A DNA stretch of 20,942 bases from Phycisphaeraceae bacterium (GCA_040905565.1 JBBDRF010000006.1:39058-59999), one strand, 5' to 3'; positions 12,168-19,786 are shown, numbered from the stretch's first letter. Numbers and translations: made by a program. The notes: generated from the letters alone by a model not told the origin.

Positions 12168-12195
12168 TTGACCCGCCCCGAGACCTTGCTAAAGT
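12168..12195 (+). promoter_or_regulatory. Sigma70-type promoter of tRNA-Asn
   Basis: TTGACC-16 nt-TAAAGT with an extended -10 TG, 30 nt before the tRNA. Confidence 0.6.
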
Positions 12196-12225
12196 ATGGC
12201 TCAGCCCGGATAGGGCGACAACTGA

Positions 12226-12298
12226 TCCCCGATAGCTCAATTGGTAGAGCGGACGGCTGTTAACCGTCAGGTTGGTGGTTCGAGTCCACCTCGGGGAG
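12226..12298 (+). tRNA. tRNA-Asn(GUU); anchor of the downstream island
   Basis: Acceptor TCCCCGA/TCGGGGA, anticodon arm GACGG-CT-GTT-AA-CCGTC, T-arm GGTGG-TTCGAGT-CCACC. CCA not encoded. Confidence 0.97.
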
Positions 12299-12538
12299 TT
12301 CAAGGCCGGTATCAACCCCGATACCGGCCTTATTTATGCGCCCGGCAGGCCGTGAAGCAGCCGCCACACAACCCGCTGTCGCAAAGCGATATACGCGATG
12401 CGGGCCACTCCCCGACCCAACCCGCCGTCTCCGTCCGTTAACCACCAAACGCGGGGTCGGGGCGATTTGCGACCAAAATCTCAGACTCTCTCGCCCGAGA
12501 GCGCCGACGGGTTAACAACGTTGATTGGAATGGGGTGG
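12296..12538 (+). repeat. Island leader, copy 1
   Basis: 12296-12521 aligns ungapped to 18631-18856 (offset 6335). The 12429-12538 part recurs at 18954-19063 (offset 6525). Confidence 0.92.
12302..12337 (+). terminator. Hairpin/terminator after tRNA-Asn
   Basis: AAGGCCGGTATC-AACCCC-GATACCGGCCTT, a perfect 12-bp stem followed by ATTTAT. A second copy at 18637-18672 has one mismatch. Confidence 0.65.
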
Positions 12539-12570
12539 GGGTGCGGTGCAGCGTCCACGGAAGCGAGCAA

Positions 12571-13146
12571 TCAGAGATGGGAATAGCTCGCGTACGCCGT
12601 ACAGCGGGCCAACGCCTGCCAAAAGTTCAGCTCTTGCTGCGGAACTTCAAAACGTACCACTGGCGTATTCTCATCGCCTTTGCGCGCCCAATACTCCAAG
12701 CCTGAAAAGTCGGGGAGGTATCGCCAGTTTCCATGCGCCACGGCATTCCTCAAGGCGCGAACTGGATTGTCGGTGAGAAATCTGCAGCACCTTTTGGCCG
12801 TCGAACCACCTGGCAGTTCCTTTTTCAACACTTTGAAGCACGGTTCGCCGAGGTAAACGAAGCAGATGTACAGTTGATAGACCACTTGCGCACGGGCTAC
12901 TGCTGGATGCCGATCGGGCGTGTCATGAACCAAATCCATGAACCCTTGAAATGCTCGCAATTCTTCGACGCGGTTGGCGAGCGGTATGGGCGAAGCTGCC
13001 GTGACGCGCGCTTTAGCATCCTTTGGCAGGGCGGCTACCTGAGCAGCTATCGTTGTCGCGAGCTGATTACTGTCAAGAGCGGGTAGCTTCAGATCATCTC
13101 GCAAACGCGGCGACCATATCTGCATTTGCTCGTCAAGGCGCATCAT
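12571..13146 (-). CDS. Hypothetical protein with HEPN-like RxxxxH motif
   Basis: 191 aa from ATG 13146 (GGAG RBS); contains LRNAVAHGN. Confidence 0.65.
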   Translation of the reverse strand: MMRLDEQMQIWSPRLRDDLKLPALDSNQLATTIAAQVAALPKDAKARVTAASPIPLANRVEELRAFQGFMDLVHDTPDRHPAVARAQVVYQLYICFVYLGEPCFKVLKKELPGGSTAKRCCRFLTDNPVRALRNAVAHGNWRYLPDFSGLEYWARKGDENTPVVRFEVPQQELNFWQALARCTAYASYSHL

Positions 13147-13312
13147 CTTACAGCTCCCCTGATCGGTCTTACTGTAAAAGGTATCGAGGGCGTGATTCCC
13201 GAGCAAACCGTCGCACTCCGGCTGCCTGGACCAGTCCTTCACCAGCGGCAGCGCCGACCGAAGCATCATCCCTGACCGTGCGTCATCGCACACGCTCGAT
13301 AGAATGGCTCAC

Positions 13313-13852
13313 ATGACCCCGGCTGAAGCCCACCCATCACCCCGCGCGATCATCATCGCCGGGCCCAACGGCGCAGGCAAGACGACGTTCGCACGCGAGT
13401 TCCTGCCCGCCGAGGGTGAGTGCCCCACCTTCATCAACGCCGACCTGATCGCGGCGGGGCTCTCACCGTTTCAGCCAGAGACGATGGCGATCGAAGCATC
13501 GCGACTCATGCTCGCCCACGTTCGCCAGAGTGTGGAGCGGCGAGAGGACTTCGCCATTGAAACGACGCTCGCCGGTCGGGCCTACGTACGGATGATTCGC
13601 GACTGGCAAGCTGTGGGTTACCGGGTCCGAATGCTGTTCCTGCAACTGCCGTCGCCCGACATGGCGGTTGCTCGCGTGCGCGGTCGCGTGGCGCAAGGTG
13701 GTCACAATCTCCCCGAAGCCGATATTCGCCGCCGTTTCGACCGCGGGTTGAGGAACTTTGACGACATTTATCGACCACTCGTCGATGCGTGGTCGGTCTA
13801 CGACGCCAGTCACTGGCCGCCCGTGTTTCTTGATGAAGGGGTGAACGAATGA
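13313..13852 (+). CDS. Zeta-toxin-like / predicted ABC-type P-loop ATPase (COG4185-like)
   Basis: IIIAGPNGAGKTTF, FINAD.IA.GLSPF, FAIETTLAG, RV..RV.QGGH.lP...IRRRF. Start is ATG 13313 or 13304. Confidence 0.88.
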   Translation: MTPAEAHPSPRAIIIAGPNGAGKTTFAREFLPAEGECPTFINADLIAAGLSPFQPETMAIEASRLMLAHVRQSVERREDFAIETTLAGRAYVRMIRDWQAVGYRVRMLFLQLPSPDMAVARVRGRVAQGGHNLPEADIRRRFDRGLRNFDDIYRPLVDAWSVYDASHWPPVFLDEGVNE

Positions 13853-14817
13853 TTCAACAGGACGATCGCTATCGTGACCTAGAAGGCAGCCGCGCCGCGA
13901 TGATCCGTGCCGCGCGACGGGCGGCCGAGGTGGCCCGGCAGCACCAGCAGCCCCTCATCCTCTGGCGCGATGGCCGCATCGTCGAGGTGATGCCCGACGA
14001 CCTGCCGCCACTGCCGGAGCAAGCGCCGCGGAAAACTGAAGCAGATATCGATCCGCAGGCCGACCGTCAATCAGCATGTGACCGGGCACAAGAACTCGCC
14101 TGGGATGCGATGGAGGCCAGCGACGAGGAGCAAATGGCCCGGCTGTGCCGACAGGCGTTGGCGATTTACCCCAACTGTGTTGATGCGCTCAGTATGCTCG
14201 CGGAGGTCGAATGCGAGCGGGTCAGGGACTACGTGGCCGCGATGCGACGAGCGGTTGAGGCCGGGCGACGCGACCTTGGGCCGGAGGTGTTCGAGCAGGA
14301 GAAGGGCCACTTCTGGCTGGCTATCGAAACCCGTCCCTTCATGCGTGCCATGGCGGGGCTGGCCGACGCGCTGTTGCAGTGGGGACAACCCGAGCATGTG
14401 GACGAAGCAATCGCGATCTACGAGGAGATGCTTGAGCTCAACCCCAACGACAACCAGGGCATCCGTTACCTGCTGCCAGGCTGCTACCTTCAGCGTAAGA
14501 GATATCGCGAGGCGGCAATTCTGTTAGATGAGCATGGTGATGAAGGGATGGCGGCCCTGGCGTGGGCGCGTGTTCTGCTGGCGTATGCCGTTGGGAACGA
14601 GGACGAGGCGAGCGACCTGCTCAAGGAAGCACGGGAGCAGAACCCATACGTCGAACTGTATCTGACTGGCCGTAAGCGTCGCCCACGAACGCGGACGGAC
14701 TACTACTCGCCCGGGGACGACACGGAAGCCCTCGTTTGCGCGGATGCGCTTTGGGAGGCGTGGAAGAAGCATCCGAAGGCAAAGCGTTGGCTGAAGGAGC
14801 AATGCGAGGCGCAATGA
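13849..14817 (+). CDS. Fusion of a ~60-aa ATPase-partner domain to a TPR/ST7-like domain
   Basis: N-terminal AMIRAARRAAE...PLILWRDGRIVEV; C-terminal AQELAWDA, CVDA, ETRPFMRA, MLELNPNDNQGIRY, EQNPYV. ATGA overlaps with both neighbours. Confidence 0.75.
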   Translation: MIQQDDRYRDLEGSRAAMIRAARRAAEVARQHQQPLILWRDGRIVEVMPDDLPPLPEQAPRKTEADIDPQADRQSACDRAQELAWDAMEASDEEQMARLCRQALAIYPNCVDALSMLAEVECERVRDYVAAMRRAVEAGRRDLGPEVFEQEKGHFWLAIETRPFMRAMAGLADALLQWGQPEHVDEAIAIYEEMLELNPNDNQGIRYLLPGCYLQRKRYREAAILLDEHGDEGMAALAWARVLLAYAVGNEDEASDLLKEAREQNPYVELYLTGRKRRPRTRTDYYSPGDDTEALVCADALWEAWKKHPKAKRWLKEQCEAQ

Positions 14818-16133
14818 ATGCCTTGCTCCGTCAGATGGCAGCCCCTCACCAGCCCATCCGCTACGCGATCTACACCCGCCAGTCGGTCGAGCAGTTGGCG
14901 GACTTCTCATCGTGCGAGGCCCAGTTCCACACCTGTCGTGACTTCGCCGAGGCGTCGGGCGAGCGGGGCCTGGTCTGGTGCGGCCAGCGATTCGACGACG
15001 AGGGCGAGTCCGGTGCGACGCTTGATCGGCCCGCCATGCGGAAGCTGCGGAAGGTCGTCGACCTCGGCGGCATCGACCGCATCTACGCCGTCGCCCTCGA
15101 CCGCGTCACGCGCAGCATGCGCGATGCGACCCTGCTGATGGATGACTTTGAGAAAGCCGGCGTGGAGGTGCGATTTGTTCACCAGCCTGAGTTGACTTTC
15201 GGCGCGCAAGGCCGCTTACTTAGACACGTTATGGCAGCCTTTGCGGAGTTCGAACGCGACATGATCACTGCACGCCTCGCCGAGTCACGCACGTACCTCA
15301 AGAAGCACGGCCGACGCCTTGCCGGCAAAGTCCCCTACGGCTACGACGCCCATCCGCACACCCGGCAGCTCGTGCCCAACGCGGAGGAAGCCCCGCGCGT
15401 CGTCGCCATTTTTGAGCGGGCGGCGAAGGGTGAACGGCCGAAGCAGATCGCTGACGCCATCGATGCACTCAACTGGCCGACGAAGATCTACCACGCCAAA
15501 CGTTCCGGCAGGACCACCGGCGGCGGCAAATGGACCGCCCGACAAGTCACTGACACGCTGCGCAACCCGGTCTACATCGGCCGCTTCGCCGAGGGTGCCG
15601 ATACACGCGACGGCTGCCATGAAGCGATTGTCGATCGGGCGACGTTCGACGCCGTGCAGAAACAACTCGACTCCCGCCGCACGACCGAGCGCCAAAAGCG
15701 CACGCGCCACGACCACCTGCCGTTCCGCCAGAAGATCGTCTGCCCCCGCTGCGGTCGCTTATTGGCGACGCACCAGACCACGCGGAGGGTTTCCAGCGAC
15801 ACGACCATCGTGGACTACTTCTACCAATGCCGATCCACCGCCGGCGGCCGCTCACCCTGTCCGGGCGTTCGGCTACACGCGTGGAAGTTCGAACAGCTCG
15901 TCCTCGGCCTCTTCGACGACGCCGCCACCTGGCGCACGCTCTTCGGCCAGGACGCATCCGACTTGCTGATCCACCAGGTCATGCAAACCTGGCGTGAGCT
16001 GCTCCCGCTCTGGAAACGCGACTGGCTTCGCGAAGCCATCCAGCGCATCGAGATCATGGAAACCGGTGAGACGGAAGCCGACATCTCCATCACCTTCACC
16101 GCCGACGCCGCCAAGCCGTTCCTGGCCCTTTGA
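14814..16133 (+). CDS. Large serine recombinase (intact, 439 aa)
   Basis: Catalytic YTRQS, DEGESGATLDRP, LDRVTRS, FAEFER; recombinase domain PYGY, LRNPVYIG, HEAIVD..TF..VQ; zinc ribbon CPRCG...YQC...C. Start at ATG 14814 overlaps the upstream stop. Confidence 0.95.
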   Translation: MNALLRQMAAPHQPIRYAIYTRQSVEQLADFSSCEAQFHTCRDFAEASGERGLVWCGQRFDDEGESGATLDRPAMRKLRKVVDLGGIDRIYAVALDRVTRSMRDATLLMDDFEKAGVEVRFVHQPELTFGAQGRLLRHVMAAFAEFERDMITARLAESRTYLKKHGRRLAGKVPYGYDAHPHTRQLVPNAEEAPRVVAIFERAAKGERPKQIADAIDALNWPTKIYHAKRSGRTTGGGKWTARQVTDTLRNPVYIGRFAEGADTRDGCHEAIVDRATFDAVQKQLDSRRTTERQKRTRHDHLPFRQKIVCPRCGRLLATHQTTRRVSSDTTIVDYFYQCRSTAGGRSPCPGVRLHAWKFEQLVLGLFDDAATWRTLFGQDASDLLIHQVMQTWRELLPLWKRDWLREAIQRIEIMETGETEADISITFTADAAKPFLAL

Positions 16134-16175
16134 AAGCGACCTACGACGTCGTCTGTTAAGCAGTCGGTCGCAGTC
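16132..16175. other. Putative att site T1 (quasi-palindrome centred on CT 16153-16154)
   Basis: GAAAGCGACCTACGACGTCGT-CT-GTTAAGCAGTCGGTCGCAGTC with symmetric GCGACC/GGTCGC arms. Homology with the second unit stops exactly at 16175. Confidence 0.65.
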
Positions 16176-16229
16176 TCGGGATAGACTGTATCGGGTGTAC
16201 CAGCAAAGCGACAGGAGGTCGAAGCAGAT

Positions 16230-16778
16230 ATGGTGAGATACAAGGTGCTGATCGGTCGCATGCTGGTCGTGCTCGCCGGGGCCCTCTGGCTCGGTGGGCT
16301 GACGTTCTACGCCTCGGTGGTGATCCCGACGGCCCACGGCGTGCTGGGCAGCCACACCACGGTGGGCTTCATCACCCGGCAGGCGACCGGGTGGATCAAC
16401 ATTCTGGCGGTGGTCGCGCTGGTCGTGTTCTTGGGGAACCTTGTCGCCACGCGGGCCGCTCATGGACCCCGGCTGCGCCTGGCGCTGGGCGGCGCGTGGG
16501 CCGCGATGGCGGCCGTGCAGGTGGGCCTGTTCGCCCTCCACCCGCGGCTCGACCGGCTGCTTGATCCCGAGGCGATGGAGATCCTCGCTTCGGAGCGGTT
16601 CTACGCCCTGCACCAGGTCTACCTGATTGGCACCAGCGCGCAGTTGCTGGCAGGGCTGGTCTTTCTCGCATGCGTGCTGACCGTGTGGGGTCGTCAGGAC
16701 ATGCTCAAGATTAAGCGCGCCAGCTCTCGCCTTTCCTCTGCAAGCCAGCCACGTGAGGTCGCTGGCCATGTTGCTTGA
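16230..16778 (+). CDS. Four-TM membrane protein (DUF4149-like)
   Basis: AGGAGG RBS; LWLGGLTFY..VV.P, HPRLD, FY.LH..YL; four hydrophobic segments. Confidence 0.72.
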   Translation: MVRYKVLIGRMLVVLAGALWLGGLTFYASVVIPTAHGVLGSHTTVGFITRQATGWINILAVVALVVFLGNLVATRAAHGPRLRLALGGAWAAMAAVQVGLFALHPRLDRLLDPEAMEILASERFYALHQVYLIGTSAQLLAGLVFLACVLTVWGRQDMLKIKRASSRLSSASQPREVAGHVA

Positions 16779-17049
16779 AGGACGAGCTGATCCATACTAC
16801 CGGTCGCCGCCAACACATGATTTTGTTGCAAGCAACGCGCGGCAGGTTACCGCTTACAGCGGGGGATAGATGGTGCCCTCCTCGCAATTCCCGATGGAGC
16901 GCCCGACTTGCCACGCCATGTCCCTCCCCCGCTCATCGTCGAGCGTCGGCGGGAGATCATCGACCTGCTCGCCCGCCACCTCACGCGGATGCTTGGTGGC
17001 GTCGCGATCGCTCCATGCGTCGTCCAGATCTACCCAGTAAAATGAGGTC

Positions 17050-17261
17050 ATGGTTGAGCAGGACGATCGCTACCGCGACCGCGAAGGCAGCCGCGCTGCG
17101 ATGATCCGTGCCGCGCGGCGTGCGGCCGAGGTGGCCCGCAACATGGACAGCCGCTGGTCTTCTGGCGTGATGGCCGCATCGTCGAGGTGATGCCCGACGA
17201 TCTGCCGCCTCTGCCGGAGAAAGCTCCACGCCATGAAGGACCCTCGCGCGAAGATACTTGA
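17050..17261 (+). pseudogene. Stand-alone copy of the ATPase-partner gene, frameshifted
   Basis: DNA homology to 13849-14033 with a 1-nt deletion after 17138 (GCCCG-CAA vs GCCCGGCAG). The restored frame ends at TGA 17259-17261. Confidence 0.8.
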
Positions 17262-18572
17262 GCGACTGGTCGAAGGCCCACCCAAGCCGAAGCCCATCCG
17301 CTACGCGATCTATACCCGCCAGTCCGTCGAGAAGCTGGTGGACTTCTCGTCGTGCGAGGCTCAGTTCCACACCTGTCGCGACTTTGCCGAGGCGACCGGT
17401 GAGCGCAGCTTGGTCTGGTGCGGACAGCGGTTTGATGACGAAGGCGAGTCCGGCGCGACGCTCGATCGGCCCGCGATGCAGAAGCTGCGGAAGGTTGTTG
17501 ATCTCGGCGGCATCGACCGCGTTTATGCCGTCGCGATCGACCGCGTGACCCGCAGCATGCGCGATGCGACCCTCTGATGGATGAGTTCGAAAAAGCCGGC
17601 GTGGCGGTGAGATTTGTTCACCAGCCTGAGTTGACGTTCGGAGCGCAAGGCCGCTTACTTAGACACGTTATGGCAGCCTTTGCGGTGTTCGAACGCGACA
17701 TGATCACTGCACGCCTCGCCGAGTCACGGACGTACCTCAAGAAGCACGGCCGACGCCTCGCCGGCAAAGTCCCCTACGGCTACGAAGCCGACCCGCACAC
17801 CCGGCAGCTTGTGCCCAACGCGGAGGAAGCCGCACGCGTCGTCTCCATTTTCGACCGGGCAGCGAAGGGGGAACGGCCCAAGCAGATCGCCGACGCCATC
17901 AATGAACTCAATTGGCCGACGAAGATCTACCACGCCAAACGCTCCGGCAAGACCACCGGCGGCGGCAAGTGGACTGCTAGGCAGATCACCGACACGCTGC
18001 GCAACCCGGTCTACAGCGGCCGATTCGCCGAGGGTGCCGATACACGCGACGGCTGCCATGAAGCGATTGTCGATCGGGCGACGTTCGACGCCGTGCAGCA
18101 ACAGCTCGACTCCCGCCGCACGACGAAGCCGCAGAAGCGCACGCGCCACGACCACCTGCCGTTCCGCCAGAAGATCGTCTGCCCTCGCTGCGGCCGCTTT
18201 CTGACAACGCACCAGACCACGCGGAGGATTTCCAGCGAAACGACCATCGTGGATTACTTCTACCAATGCGGCTCCACAGCCGGCGGCCGGCCACCCTGCC
18301 CGGGCGTTCGGCTGCACGCGTGGAGGTTGGAACAGGCTGTCCTCGGCTTCTTCGACGACGCCGCCACCTGGCGCACGCTCTTTGGCCAGGACGCATCCGA
18401 GTTGCTGATCCACCAGGTCATGCAAACCTGGCGCGAACTGCTCCCGCTCTGGAAACGCGACTGGCTTCGCGAAGCCATCCAGCGCATCGAGATCACGGAA
18501 ACCGGTGAGGCCGAAGCCGACATCTCCATCACCTTCACCCCCGACGCCGCCAAGCCGTTCCTAGGCCTTTGA
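17233..18572 (+). pseudogene. Large serine recombinase copy 2, split by a 1-nt deletion
   Basis: 17291-18614 is homologous to 14851-16175 (roughly 90% by eye). CCCT-CTGATG vs CCCTGCTGATG at 17573/4 gives 114-aa and 331-aa ORFs. AEFER is changed to AVFER. Confidence 0.88.
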
Positions 18573-18626
18573 AAGCGATTTACGACGTCGCCTGTTAAGC
18601 AGCCGGTCGCAGTCCTGTAAGGGTGA
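18571..18626. other. Putative att site T2 with a tRNA-Asn-like 3' fragment
   Basis: Homologue of T1, centred on CT 18592-18593. Right half CTGTTAA-GCAGC-CGGTC-GCAG-TCCTGT resembles a tRNA 3' half missing its T-loop. Confidence 0.6.
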
Positions 18627-18630
18627 TTTA

Positions 18631-18856
18631 GAGTTCAAGGCCGGTATCAACCCCGATACGGGCCTTATTTATGCGCCCGGCAGGCCGTGAAGCAGCCGCC
18701 ACACAACCCGCTGTCGCAAAAGGATATGCGCGATGCGGGCCACCCCCCTGCCCAACCCGCTTTCTCCGCCTGTTAAACGCCAAAAACGCGGTCAGGGCGA
18801 TTTTCCGCCAAATTCTCTGACTCTCGCTACCGACCCTCGCGACGGGTTAACAACGT
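18631..18856 (+). repeat. Island leader, copy 2
   Basis: Ungapped direct repeat of 12296-12521; the first ~90 nt are nearly identical. Confidence 0.92.
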
Positions 18857-18953
18857 CGTCTCAAGCGGGGGCGCTTCAGCAGCTCGCGAGTATCGAACAG
18901 TTTAACAGGTAGCGGCGACCGTGTCACGAGCGCGATCATCATCGCCGCCGCCC

Positions 18954-19063
18954 TCTCCGCCGTTAATTGCGAATGCGCCCGGGGGGCGTGGTCTCCGCCA
19001 GACTCTCAGACTCTCGCCGCCGAGACCCGCCGCGCGTTAACCACGTTGTTTGGAATGGGGTGG
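18954..19063 (+). repeat. Partial leader, copy 3 (GTTAA module)
   Basis: GTTAA (18962), CTCAGACTCTC (19005) and GTTAAC.ACGTTG.TTGGAATGGGGTGG (19036-19063), with the same spacing as copy 1. Confidence 0.8.
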
Positions 19064-19108
19064 CAGGACAAGGCATCGAGGCCGCTGTCCTTTTTGCTAC
19101 GTGTCGCC

Positions 19109-19786
19109 TTATTCACGTCGCTCCTCGCGAACCGGCTTGATTTCGACGGGCACGTCGTCGGAGTTGCATTCAAGCCATTCGACGTCGAACCTTCCGCGAT
19201 AGCCGAAGAGCGGCCCCCACGTGTTATTGGTGACACGCACCTCGATTCCGAACTGCTCCCGGTCGTCATCGTACCATTCGCACACTTCCGCATAGCCCGA
19301 AGCGATCATGGGGAAGCGGAAGCCGATCATACCTTCGTAGAAACGCTGCTCGCCCGAGCGAATGCACAGGCTGCCACCTTCGCCGACGGTTGGATGAATA
19401 TCGACTGCGAGATGTTGATGCGAACCGAGATAGTCGACGATGCACTGACGCTGTTCGCTATAGACCATGGTCGCGTCGAACCGCCGTGGTGTGGAAGTTT
19501 CAAATTGGCGGACCCAGGTGACCGTCTCGCGGCCAAACGAATCTACATACGCATAGTTGTGGATGGCAAACGCGATGTTCTGCCCGCGCTCTGGAAACAT
19601 GATGCGTCGCCAGGTACCGATATAGAGAAAGGGGAGTGTGTAAAATCGGCCCCGCCAGATGTCTTCCATGACGCCCCGCCCGATTGAGGCCACGCCATCA
19701 GTGCTACTGAAGCCGAACCGCTGTTGGATCTTAGGGTGTAGCCGCTGGAAGTCTTCGCCGAGCGCCCGCTGATAGATTGAAATCAT
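19109..19786 (-). CDS. DUF4166 domain protein (YndH-like)
   Basis: SIYQRALG.DF.RLHP.IQ.RF, FPERG.NI.F.I.N, R.F....RRFDATM, DYLG, GPLFGYRG.F. AAGGAG RBS; ATGA overlap with the upstream gene. Confidence 0.85.
   Translation of the reverse strand: MISIYQRALGEDFQRLHPKIQQRFGFSSTDGVASIGRGVMEDIWRGRFYTLPFLYIGTWRRIMFPERGQNIAFAIHNYAYVDSFGRETVTWVRQFETSTPRRFDATMVYSEQRQCIVDYLGSHQHLAVDIHPTVGEGGSLCIRSGEQRFYEGMIGFRFPMIASGYAEVCEWYDDDREQFGIEVRVTNNTWGPLFGYRGRFDVEWLECNSDDVPVEIKPVREERRE

Noticed and set aside
12296..12298. Classic long tRNA 3'-end duplication as attR
   Set aside because: Only GAG is shared at 18631 and no intact 3' tRNA copy is in the window. The true right end may lie beyond the sequence.
14736..14813. 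Extended 5' ends in the ORF track (LSR, katG, dctQ, DUF1080, rph, HEPN, DoxX genes)
   Set aside because: Downstream starts fit RBS position, stop-start overlaps or family N-termini better.
15873..16769. 298-aa minus-strand ORF
   Set aside because: Antisense to the LSR and the membrane gene, and it crosses the T1 site.
16775..17104. Short ORFs between the membrane gene and unit 2 (109 aa plus; 65-67 aa minus)
   Set aside because: No motifs or good RBS, and partly out-of-frame readings of the partner pseudogene.
12296..19063. Repeats as a CRISPR array or integron attC sites
   Set aside because: No regular repeat-spacer period and no cas genes; no tyrosine integron integrase, and no convincing RYYYAAC...GTTRRRY bottom-strand hairpins after each gene.
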